A DNA stretch of 64,000 bases from positions 2,356,001 through 2,420,000 of the forward strand of contig JAQOWU010000007.1 in assembly GCA_030867685.1 (NCBI GenBank). Reading direction: 5' to 3'. This document shows positions 21,158 through 31,907 of this stretch, in pieces. Within the stretch, counting starts at the first letter, position 1; every line of letters starts with the position of its first letter. A model generated the notes under the pieces. That model did not search any database. It was not told where the DNA came from and saw nothing but the letters and a program-made list of their open reading frames with translations. Source of the stretch: Wickerhamiella versatilis (taxonomy: Eukaryota). Position numbers and translations under genes: made by a program.

Positions 21158-23005
21158 CTACATAGAACTGATAGCTTTCTCAGTAAGTTCTTTTGACCAC
21201 TGGTAGTATTTCCTTGCAGTAATTCTTCGAAGTTTCTTTCCGTATTTGATTACGGGGATGGCAGTGATCCAGAACGCCAGTCCCAGGACGAATCCTACCA
21301 CAAGAAAGGTGTTTTGCAAACCTTGATTCTCCACCCACGGAGTGATCACAAATGCAAATGCGAAAGAAACGGTATTTCTAACCAATATTATCGCCACAAC
21401 CGCATCAGACCCCAGATTACGGCATGCATCTAATGCGTAAACGTAAGGAATGTTGGAAGAGACCATCATCGTGAATTCTACCACACCCATCCCGAATATG
21501 GGACCAGACCAATGAAGTGAGTGTGCTGCCCCAATCCCGTAAAGGAAAAAGCCAAACGGTTGGAAGAGAATGTTGATCAGACCCAAGTATAGACGATTTT
21601 CCGCCTCGTGCATTCCTCCCCGTCGCCTAGCAAGCTGAACACAAAACCAGTCTGAAATAGGTCCGCTGTAGATGCACCCGAGACATGTTCCGATGATTGG
21701 TCCGATGTATGTTAGTCCAATGCTCTGTATCCCAAAATTATACGGCGCAGCACCAAATACCATTGAGACAGTGCCTAGCATGATTTGAAATGAGATTATA
21801 GCTGTAGCAACAATAGCCCCGGCCCAGGCTATTTGAGGAAAATATGTAAGAACAAGAAATGGACGCAAAAAGTCATTTGCCGACGGAAACGGTCTCAATT
21901 TTCTGATAAGACACATTCGCTCACCGTACGTCATTCGTCCTACTGCTTCATATTCATTTATCATTGACGCAGCCTCTCCGCATAGATTGGCTGCCGCTGA
22001 ACCAGTATTGGATGTGTCCTTATTTTGCTTCCTCTCGTTTTCTGCATCGATATCGGGAAGCGTAGTCTTAAGGCCTTGTAGAACCGAAGTACTTCGATTG
22101 TATCCTGTTTCTTCTGCTAATAATAGCATTATAATTGCCATAGCGCCGCAAAATATAGCATGAAAGTAGAATACCCACCTAAAACTCATATTTGTTAAGA
22201 CAAATGCACTAGCAAGAGGACCTGCAACGCTTCCGAAGTAAAGGGCAAACACATAAAACCCCATCCAGAACGCCCGTTCATGTTCAAAAAAAAGATCCTC
22301 GACAACAATCTCAATCAGCGATTCGTATGGCGCACCAAAGACGCCATGTACAATTCGAGCTCCGTAATAACTACCATCTGAGCTCGCATAACCTAGCCAA
22401 ACCATGCATGCGCCTACTCCAATAAGGGCTATTATAAGCACCGGACGTCTTCCATAGGAGAGAGCTAACGGTTGTAGTATGAGGTTTGACCATGCTAAGA
22501 AAAGAAAGCAGCAACCGTTGCCCCGAGTTAGTGCGGTTTCAGAGACATTGTTTGCTACAAAACTATCAGTACAGACACCGAAGATGCTTTCGCTACTTCC
22601 CACGATAATTGTTGCAATAATCATCCAAAACATGCAGAACGCTTTTCTAGTGAAAGTCCAGTTCAGCGGATCGTCTGGATGCTCAGACGGCTGAGGTACT
22701 AGTAAGATGTCTTTATTTTGGTGGTGTTTGTCAGAATGCTTGTCAATTTCAACCAATTGAACCGTACCAGGAATTATTTCTGGTTGCATGAGCTCTTCAC
22801 CTTCTAGTAAATCTGACGAGATGACCGCTGTGTTGCTTGGCCTCATACTGTTACTAGTATTTTCCTGATTTTGGTGATTTTGATAATACTCCATGAGTTT
22901 AACTTTGCTATTACTGAGTTCCAGTCCTTTAATCCCAAGCACTTTCCAGTTGGGCAAGGACATTACAGTACCCCTTGTACCAGTTTGCTCAATGAGGCTA
23001 TCCAA
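21158..23005 (-). CDS. MFS transporter, Hol1-like
   Basis: LVPQPSEHPDDPLNW, YGRRPV, DLFFEHERA, EETGY and E.ENRL; about 12 TM segments. The true start may be a downstream Met. Confidence 0.88.
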   Translation of the reverse strand: MDSLIEQTGTRGTVMSLPNWKVLGIKGLELSNSKVKLMEYYQNHQNQENTSNSMRPSNTAVISSDLLEGEELMQPEIIPGTVQLVEIDKHSDKHHQNKDILLVPQPSEHPDDPLNWTFTRKAFCMFWMIIATIIVGSSESIFGVCTDSFVANNVSETALTRGNGCCFLFLAWSNLILQPLALSYGRRPVLIIALIGVGACMVWLGYASSDGSYYGARIVHGVFGAPYESLIEIVVEDLFFEHERAFWMGFYVFALYFGSVAGPLASAFVLTNMSFRWVFYFHAIFCGAMAIIMLLLAEETGYNRSTSVLQGLKTTLPDIDAENERKQNKDTSNTGSAAANLCGEAASMINEYEAVGRMTYGERMCLIRKLRPFPSANDFLRPFLVLTYFPQIAWAGAIVATAIISFQIMLGTVSMVFGAAPYNFGIQSIGLTYIGPIIGTCLGCIYSGPISDWFCVQLARRRGGMHEAENRLYLGLINILFQPFGFFLYGIGAAHSLHWSGPIFGMGVVEFTMMVSSNIPYVYALDACRNLGSDAVVAIILVRNTVSFAFAFVITPWVENQGLQNTFLVVGFVLGLAFWITAIPVIKYGKKLRRITARKYYQWSKELTEKAISSM

Positions 23006-23613
23006 TGGACCAAAACTTTGTTTTTACGGACATTGAAGCTTCGGAGGAACCTATTTATCAGATATTCTATTCACAACTTTAGAGGAAATATTTCTGTGCG
23101 CGAAGGGACTCTGCAGACATCGCATTACTAAGGACTTTATCTCCGTCCGTGCGTCCGCACACACATGTCTGCCGAATCGCCGAAATACGTAATTGCTGAT
23201 TGTTCAACCCTGCAACACATAGATTGACCTATGATGTGTCCATTGTGTATGAAATCGAAAAAGAGTTTCCTCAGATTCTGAAAAGTAATCACCGGAGTTG
23301 CGGGATATGGTATGATAGCACTACCTGGTAAATTGAAAATTAGTAATATGACCTGAGTAGTAGGCTGAGTTAGGGACTTCGTGCTAACCAATTATCTCAC
23401 TTTCCATATGTAAATTCGTATATCGACTATGAATACGGACAGATACTGAGTAACTGGTTCTTGGAAATGGTTCACTTAATATATTAATGTGTGGATGCAC
23501 ATAACTTTTATCTTGAATTGTAGAAGTCTTATACAAGGTTTGAAACGAATAAAGACTGAATATTAAAAAATGCATAAGCTTACTTCTCACCCAAAAGGGG
23601 AGTATTTTTGCAT

Positions 23614-23640
23614 AGTGGGCTATCTTGCATTGTCCAGCCA
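23614..23640 (+). repeat. Partial copy of the 41-bp repeat, about 58 bp upstream of the GH3 ATG
   Basis: AGTGGGCTATCTTGCATTGTCCAGCCA, 26/27 to consensus. Confidence 0.88.
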
Positions 23641-23697
23641 ACCTTACATATAAATATTTTGGGTGTGATTTCGCCACATAATTTTTCCATTCCCCTA

Positions 23698-26141
23698 ATG
23701 ATTCCATTGGCATATCCTGCACTAGTGGCAGCATTACCAGCCCAGGCGGCTGGTAATGCCACTTGGCCAGACGTGAGCAATAATACACAGGCCGAGCTGG
23801 ATTATCTCCACAGCTTGCGATACGTTGGGTTGGACGCAGATAACCACCCGTATGAGCCCAAAAAATACGATGCCCCAGCCATTAGGAACCCGCATCCCAA
23901 GGCCGTGGATCTGTTAAACCAACTCACCACCGAAGAAAAAGTGGATCTGGTGACGGGAAGGCTATATCTCGGAGCCTCAGGTAATATTCCACCTCTCGAA
24001 AGGCTTAATATTAGCACAATTCGATACCAAGATGGCCCGGCAGGCCCTCGTGCAGTGCTGGGAACGAGTGGATTTGTTCCAGAGCTTACATTGGCGGCTA
24101 CATGGGACCGCAACCTAGTTCAGCAGCATTCCGAGGCGATGGGTGCTGAAAACCGTGATAAAGGAATTCATGTAGCACTTGGACCTGTTACTGGTGGTCC
24201 ACAGGGACGATCGGCATTCAATGGCCGGGTGTTTGAGAATTTTGGCAATGATCCAGTGCTCACAGCTGAGCTTAGCTATGTTGCAGTGCAAGGAATCTAG
24301 TCCCAGGGCGTACATGTGACTGCTAAGCACTTCCTTGGCTATGAGAAGGAGACATTCAGGCTTAACCAGGCGTACGCTCCAGCCCGGGGTACATTCTCCT
24401 GGGAGTACACACCGTTCCCTTTGGGGAAGCAAATGCAGATCGATTCTATCGTTGGAGATAGGGCAATACACGAGGTTTATACATGGGCATTTTCCGAGGC
24501 AGTGCGTGCTGGTGCATCTTCAGTGATGTGCTCGCACAACCGCGTCAATGGGACCCAGAGCTGTGAGAACTCTTACACCTTGTTAAAGATCCTTAAGACC
24601 GAAATGAACTTCCAGTGATACGTTTTATCCGACTGGGGTGCGCTGCAGTCAACCAGAGAGTCCATTATGGCCCGATGCGATCTTGACATGGGTGGTCAGG
24701 AGGTAAGCATGGTGAACGGTGACATATGGGGACCCACTCTGTTGAAGTTTGTTAAGAATGGCACAGTTCCCGAAAGCAGGCTTAATGATGCAATTCTACG
24801 CATTTTCACGCCGTACTATTCCTTAGGAGAAGACTCCTGGGGCCCAGAGACGAAGTTTAACAGTACGATCATCAAAAAATACTACAATGGTACCCTGGTG
24901 AACCCGCTCATTGACGTCACAAGGAATCACAGCGAGGTTATCCGCGAGGTTGGTACGGCTGCCATCACATTGCTTAAAAACTCTGGCGGCCTACCCCTAA
25001 AGAAGGACTCAGCACTTGGTCTGTTTGGTACCGATGCTGGTCCTTCTCCTTATGGTACAGGATGTCCCAGTGTATATGAATACTGTCCAATCGACTCAAA
25101 GAATAACGGTCCCACTTGGACCGGCGGAGGGTCCGGTGTCTCGTCATCGTCTCGCGTTGTCACACCACTGGAGGCCATCAATAGCCGTATTCTCGCTAAT
25201 GGCGGTACAGTTGTCTATGATCTTACCGACGACGGCTACATGCAACAGCCTGGCAATGGTACCGGTGCCATAAATGCTTACAACAGGACGATCGGATACT
25301 CTGACACCGCCATTGTATTCGTGTCGATAAAATCGTTTGAGGGACAGGATCTTGAGTCTCTTCATTTAGCCAACAATGGCGACGAGTTGATCAAGCAGGT
25401 AGCGTCGCTGTCTAATAACACAATTGTGGTCATTCACTCAACCAATCCACCCATAGTTTCCGATTGGATCGACCATCCCAACGTGACTGGTGTGCTTAAT
25501 GCCTACATTCCTGGTGACCAGAGCGGAAACTCTCTGATCCCCGTTCTGTTTGGGGATGTCTCGCCCTCAGGCAAGCTGCCTTACACCATTGCCAAGAACG
25601 GATCGGATTATATTCAACCCATGAAGGAGCCCGAGATCGATCCTAAGGATTTGTTCGACGACGACCTCCTTCTAGACTACCGTCGGTTTGATGAAGAGGG
25701 TATTGAGCCACAGTTTTCATTTGGATTCGTTTGAGCTACACATCATTCGACTACACATCGTTCGACTTTAACACCAACCTCACAAACTCAAACTTGACGG
25801 CTGGCTGGAAGAACTCCTCCACACCTAGCCTTTATGATACCGCCGCCACGGCAAAGGTAGAAGTAAAGAACACAGGAAATGTCACTGAAAGTGAAATTGT
25901 TCAAATATACGTTCAATACCCTGGCTCGGCAGGAGAGCCGCCCAAGGTTCTTCGTGGGTTTGAAAAGATTAGAGACATTACTCCTGGCCATTCAAAGACA
26001 GCTAGCATCAATCTTAACCGCAAGAGCTTTTCGGTATGGGACGTGGCAAGCCAGGAATGGGTGATACCCCACGGCACATATATTGTGTCTGCCGCTGCCC
26101 ACTCCCGTGACTTGAGACTGGATCAAACACTTACTCTGTAA
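23698..26141 (+). pseudogene. Secreted GH3 beta-glucosidase, inactivated
   Basis: QDGP.G, GR.FENFG.DP, KH, MCSHN, SDWG, PSGKLPYT and an Fn3-like tail. In-frame TAG at 24298-24300, TGA at 24616-24618 and a 1-nt deletion near 25729 (FGFGLSY broken). Confidence 0.9.
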
Positions 26142-26739
26142 TTTATTTGCCACGATGAACCCGCCTCGTGGCCACAATATCACCTAGCAGATACATTATA
26201 CTACTGTGCTTGTTCTTTCTGTAAGATAAATAGTTTCTTGACACAAGCCCATATTGTATTGTAGACTAGCATTATTATTGCACACGAGAAAAAAGCAACT
26301 ATGGCATACAGAACTGTACTCTCACCCATGATTCCATTAGCTCATTGCATTATTACACCCCTGTTTCCACGCATTCCATAATCTTATTGGTACATGTAAT
26401 TGTTACAAATCCGTACCCATGTTATTCTAAAATGGATAAACAGAGCACCAAGCCCTCAACTTAGGTCCCTTTCATTACAAATTGCCTATAAATCCCAGTT
26501 TGCATGGAGATGAAAATAAAAAACCTGAAAATTGTGACCGTTCCGAATCAGGATCATGGTAGGTTACTCTCGTGATACCCTCGTATCGTCGCAGCATGAA
26601 ACCACCATGACTAGTCACAGAGACACATGCCGATTGGTAGGCCGAGCGGGTTGCAGTTACCTCGCTTAAATTACCAAATGCATCTATAAAATCAAATGAA
26701 GCGGGGGTAAAAGAAGACAATCCATCGCTGGCTCCGTAA

Positions 26740-26958
26740 ATGGCATACTATGCTGGCTGGTTTATTAACCGTGTATTCTGGTGTGGTCTCAACAGCTGCA
26801 CCTTATTGTGCTTGATCCCCACATTTGCAATGAGTTCCTCCCCAATGTTTTTGTGGCTTATTATATTCAAATATGCCGGTCTAATTCCTGAGGACTGGCG
26901 GCCCTCGATCTTTTTAAAGGTGTCAGTCCGTATAAATGAAATAACCAAAATAATATAG
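26740..26958 (+). pseudogene. Possible remnant of an Aur1/Ipt1-family inositol-phosphoryl transferase
   Basis: PMFLWLIIFKYAGLIPEDWRPSIFLKV resembles the conserved P..W...F....IP..WRP.I.V segment; no full-length ORF. Confidence 0.4.
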
Positions 26959-28696
26959 TCCCAATGTATCGTGGACATTACAATTATCATCCAACAATGC
27001 GGGAAATGTACAAATCGCAACACGCAAATTGCAATCAAGTTACCATATGTACTCCTAGTTTTGGCCTGTACTTTCTCGCTTTTAGAAAACCTACACCTCC
27101 TAACGTTCCTCAATGTTTTTTTATATTAAGGTAGTTTGCCTTGATCTGGTCTTTCTAGCCGATTGTCTACATATACATTCCTACATTATGATAAGGCAGT
27201 GAAATACCCAGAGGCCCGCGTTCAAAAGGAGATACAACACTAGGCTCCAAAGCATAAGCAACTACTAATCTATTTTCCCAGCTTTTCAGTGTGTAAACAG
27301 TCCAAACCTCTCTAGTATAGTGTCAAATCGCTGCTAAAAATCATAAATTATTCGTCATCACGCCATTTTAGCTGTGTTATATAATCATTTGATCCTTATG
27401 AGATAATGACAAACTGCATGAAACTTCTCCAGAGATAAACAGTACAATCTGTTCAACTTGTGGCTTCGACTACTCCTTTCGCTATAATTTTCTTGTATAA
27501 AGTGATATCAGTAAAAAATCACTGCCAGAGACAAAATGGTCGCCCAAATTTCTTGCGATTCGACAGCACCAGCAATATCATTGGTGTTCACTGCTTATGT
27601 TATCATGTTTTGTCTGTAGTCGGAGAAAATTGAGAGGGAATATATTATTAACTTGTGGGAGACTGAAAATCATCTTGATACAGTATGTTTCTGACATTAT
27701 GTCTATCATGTCTTACCACTTACGTCTCTGAACAACGTGACATTTATTTCTGTAGTCCAGCCTGCTCATTATCATCAAGTAAGACTATAGCGAGCATGAC
27801 ATAATATACTTGAAAAATGATTAATATTTTTCTGGATTTTCCAAGAGAGTCCATATGCCGAGAAATTAAAAAAGAATTTCTACGCTAGTTTCTTAGTCGC
27901 TAATTTTCGTACGTAAAACATATTTGCAGCTTGTTTTTTAACTTGTTTACTCTGCACTAAGTAGGCTGGTGTGGGGCGGTGCTCGATTACGGACGGCTAA
28001 GTTCGGAGTTTCCTTATAGATCAGTGGTGCCCAGCCCCACGCGGCACCAACTAATACAAGCCTTCCCGTATAGTAATATGGCTTTTATGACATTATGCTG
28101 CGAATTCTTTCTAATTTAGAGCCACAGCTAACTGCAACTAAAACATTTAATTATATCGGGATGATACCATCCGGCAATGCAGCTTAATGAGCTTGGGGTA
28201 AGGGTTGAAGGTAAAGAATCTTATTGAAAGTCTCACGATGCTTTTAGCGGAAGTTTTATTAAATTTAACGCAATCCTAGCTTTATTTCAATGACCATAGT
28301 TTCATCATAACTTCGAAATTAGACGGGATAGAAAACTCCGAATGGAGCTGCAAGGGTCTGCCAAGTGATGTAATTATTACCTTCCTAATTGGGTAATACA
28401 AAAACGCTGGGGTGCCGAAGATATTTATAGTTTTTCTAGCTGGAGCGTCAACAATACGTACTGTGGATAGCTTTAACTTGAACAATATTTATTTAAGATT
28501 GTATTTTTGCTCTAGATTATACAATAGATCCATAGAATCCATACTTTTGCTTTTAAACCTATACGAGCTAATCATGCAGACCTGGTTATTTTTGGCATTT
28601 TGTCAGCAGATCACTTAGGTGGTTGGTTTTGCTATCACAGCTATATAAGTACGGGCAGATCTCCCTAATTTTGACAAGCACACAGCTCAACTTCTC

Positions 28697-29686
28697 ATGA
28701 AATACACTTCTTTCATCAGTTCTACTGCCATTCTCAGCGTTGTAGCTGCGGCTCCTACTGCTACGATCTCTAATTTCTGGCACACACTGACCCCAAGCGG
28801 TTCGTTCCCCAGTGGTGCTCACTCCGACTTCTCGGGTAGCTTCGGTATTTCCATCAAAACTGTTCGTAACGACACTGCATCAACTATTGCACCTGAGTCT
28901 GCCCAGCTAAGCGGCACCTCTATCGCTACTCCTGCCGCCCAGATTAGCGATGGTCAGATCCAGCACAAGAGTTCTGTCGTTGCTACTGCTACTGCTTCGA
29001 ACGCCAGCCCTGTAGCTCAGATCAGCGACGGTCAGATCCAGCACCAGACTGAGGCCGCCCCAACCGCATCTGCCATTGCCCAGATCAGCGACGGTCAGAT
29101 CCAGCACCAGACTGAGGCTGCTCCTACTGCATCTGCTGTTGCCCAGATCAGCGACGGTCAGATCCAGCACCAGACTGAGGCCGCCCCAACCGCATCTGCT
29201 GTTGCCCAGATCAGCGATGGTCAGATCCAGCACCAGACTGAGGCTGCTCCTACTCCTACCGCATCTGCCATTGCCCAGATCAGCGACGGTCAGATCCAGC
29301 ACCAGACTGCCTCAGCTATCCCTAGCGCCTCTGGTGCTTCTCAGATCGCTGATGGTCAGATCCAGAACCGTGCTGCCGAACTTCCTAAGTTCTGCGCGGC
29401 TCCTAACACTCTCACCATGACTCTTAAGGACTCTGAGCTTAGAGACTCTCACGGCCGTGTTGGTGCTATTGTTGCCAACCACCAGTTCCAGTTCGATGGC
29501 CCCCCTCCTCAAGCTGGTAGCATCTATGCCGCTGGCTGGTCTATCTACGAGGGTGTTCTCGCTCTTGGCAGCAACACCAAGTTCTACCAGTGCCAGTCTG
29601 GTGATTTCTACAACTTGTACGATGAGCCCCTTGGTGACTACTGTGAGCCAGTTCAGCTCGAAATCCTTGAATTCATCGACTGCTAA
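28697..29686 (+). CDS. Pir-family cell wall protein
   Basis: Signal peptide, seven QI(S/A)DGQIQ repeats, [30 protein letters not shown] and a four-Cys C-terminal domain. Confidence 0.95.
   Translation: MKYTSFISSTAILSVVAAAPTATISNFWHTLTPSGSFPSGAHSDFSGSFGISIKTVRNDTASTIAPESAQLSGTSIATPAAQISDGQIQHKSSVVATATASNASPVAQISDGQIQHQTEAAPTASAIAQISDGQIQHQTEAAPTASAVAQISDGQIQHQTEAAPTASAVAQISDGQIQHQTEAAPTPTASAIAQISDGQIQHQTASAIPSASGASQIADGQIQNRAAELPKFCAAPNTLTMTLKDSELRDSHGRVGAIVANHQFQFDGPPPQAGSIYAAGWSIYEGVLALGSNTKFYQCQSGDFYNLYDEPLGDYCEPVQLEILEFIDC
29010..29310 (+). repeat. Coding minisatellite (about 60-bp units) encoding the PIR repeats
   Basis: Near-identical GCCCAGATCAGCGACGGTCAGATCCAGCACCAGACTGAGG units in tandem. 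Confidence 0.9.
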
Positions 29687-30344
29687 GTTTTTCAATAGAA
29701 AAACTTTCCTAATGCATCGCCAACTTGGCGTTAAGCTCACAATGACAAACATTTTTTGTAGCATAGTGTAGACATCTATATAGTTTTTTTTTGTTTTAGA
29801 AGTCTTAAGTAAATTCATCATATCATTAACAATGGATAATTGGTATTCGACAAAGAAGATCACTTCAAAGTACCTCTATTGGAGGTGCACATCATCGTCA
29901 TCATCATCATCATCATGCCGCTCATTTCTCCGTGACATCAACGCACAAGCCGACAGGAAGGGAATCATCACTTAGACTAGCATTTGTGTATCCATGTTCA
30001 TCAATGAGCACTTATGATCTTCAAATATCCAATATCTTCTCCAGTTAAACTTTTCGGTATAAGCCGACATTGCACTTCAAGACCAGTGATTAACATTTCC
30101 AGCATTATTCTCGTACAAAAATCGAATGTCACGTGGCAACCATGGACACCTTCACCCGTAAGAAAAACAGTACAAAATTTCACCATATAGTATTTTTTTA
30201 AGGTTATGTATAAAAAAGAATAGCCAGAGTGTTTTCATTGAAGATCATAGTGATGTAAGTAAGCGCAATCAAAAACGAGGCCCAAAATGCTGCTACCATA
30301 ACTTCGTTAAGTTATATACCTAGTATTATCATTTAAACATTCAA

Positions 30345-31271
30345 TCATGCAACCCCACTATTTCGAGCTTTTAATACACTGGACAAGTAGCTGATATGAT
30401 CTGGGGTTATACCACAACACCCACCAATAGCTGAGGCACCCATATCTAGCCATACCTGCGCTATGTCTCCATATTTTATGGGCTCCAAATCTTTGCGCAG
30501 GTCAGAAAGACCCGAATTAGCTCTAGAGCGAACTTGATCGTCGGTAAATGCATTAGCATATACCCCTAACTCTAGAGGGGCATCAAGTGCCTTGATCACT
30601 TTCCCTGCAGCAGAAACTGCTTTCGACATTATCTCCGGGTGGCTGCAATTAAATAAAAGCCGTTCTGTTCCTGAACTGATAGCAAATTTAACTACCTGCT
30701 CAATGGACTCTCCTGAGCGTAAAGCAACAACTTCATTTTCAGCAGCATCACTATCCCTCAAAGTGAATGAAAACCACTTTGGAAGGGATGTGCCGGCTAA
30801 TGAATCGTTAATTTCAGTTGCCTCTGCTATTGAGCTGATAGTTTCAGCTAGCCAAAAATCAACTAGCTGAGATTGCGCCTGTATCAATACCTTGTGGATT
30901 CTTTCAGCGGCATGTCGTTCAAAAAGATCTGGCCTATACGAGCCTAGTGCAGGGGGGATGGAACCAGCTACGAGAACCCTGTGATCAGCCGAGTCTGCTT
31001 CGCGGCGAGCTATATTAGCTGCCAAAATAGCTAATCGGCCAGCATCACGTTGAAATCTTTCTTCGCCTATGTGAAAAGGAACAAGGGAATAGCTGTTTGT
31101 AGTGATCACGTCTGCACCTGCATTTATAAAGTTTTGGTGAGCCTTAGCCACTAGTTCAGGAGCCTCATAAAGGGCTAGAGCAGACCACTCCGGTTGCTTA
31201 AAAGGGGCATTAATACGCAAAAGTTCACGTCCCATCCCACCATCTAGTATCATTGGTTGTTTAGCAGCCAT
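30345..31271 (-). CDS. Homocysteine S-methyltransferase family protein, proteobacterial type
   Basis: ILDGGMGREL..APFKQPEWSALAL, GSYRPDLF, LFNCS, GVYANAF and IGGCCGI (Zn ligands). Confidence 0.9.
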   Translation of the reverse strand: MAAKQPMILDGGMGRELLRINAPFKQPEWSALALYEAPELVAKAHQNFINAGADVITTNSYSLVPFHIGEERFQRDAGRLAILAANIARREADSADHRVLVAGSIPPALGSYRPDLFERHAAERIHKVLIQAQSQLVDFWLAETISSIAEATEINDSLAGTSLPKWFSFTLRDSDAAENEVVALRSGESIEQVVKFAISSGTERLLFNCSHPEIMSKAVSAAGKVIKALDAPLELGVYANAFTDDQVRSRANSGLSDLRKDLEPIKYGDIAQVWLDMGASAIGGCCGITPDHISYLSSVLKARNSGVA

Positions 31272-31907
31272 AAGGGAAAGATCACCTGAACCCTTGCGTG
31301 ATCAATACCTATAGTACGCTTAGAAATCAACCTTACCCTTTAGTATGGCCAATGACAGCTAAACTGACCGATACCTATTCGAATCGGGTTCGTTCAGCGA
31401 AAAAAGCGAGTAGGTCGCTGCTGACCGCAGCAAATATTACATATGCACAATATAGTACGACATATGAAAAAAATTATGTTTATCCGTCGAAGTCAAGCCT
31501 ATAGTTCAAATTAGTTAAAAGAAACCTCGGTATAATGTTGAAAAAATCCTGTATAATTGGAAAATATCTCTATCCACTGGAGCTCGCTTGAGCTTACCAA
31601 GTTTCTTATCAATGGGCTAGGTTGCTCTATTCCTGAATATACCCGCATGGTTTTTTATTTGTTCTGGAAAAGCCCAAGTACCTCAAAAAGCAATGTTTCT
31701 AGACTATGCAAAATATGATGAAACCTATGATGAACATATCTTGCCATAGATCCTCTATTCTCGTTGTCGTATCTTCTGTTTTGTTGTTTATTCCTAAGGT
31801 TTGCCTAGCCCATTTATTATGTAAAAATATTGTGAAACCCACTCAAATATAAATGATGGGTAAGTATAATCTTGATAGTTGTAGTCGTATCATAATTTGA
31901 GTTCACT

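Noticed and set aside
24298-24618. Stop-codon readthrough or reassignment in the GH3 gene
   Set aside because: Two different stop codons plus a frameshift, and TAG and TGA end other genes normally, so pseudogenisation is simpler.
29891-29916. Short (ATC)n run, the 10-bp duplication at 59950-59974 and the AT-rich repeat near 18050
   Set aside because: Ordinary low-complexity sequence.
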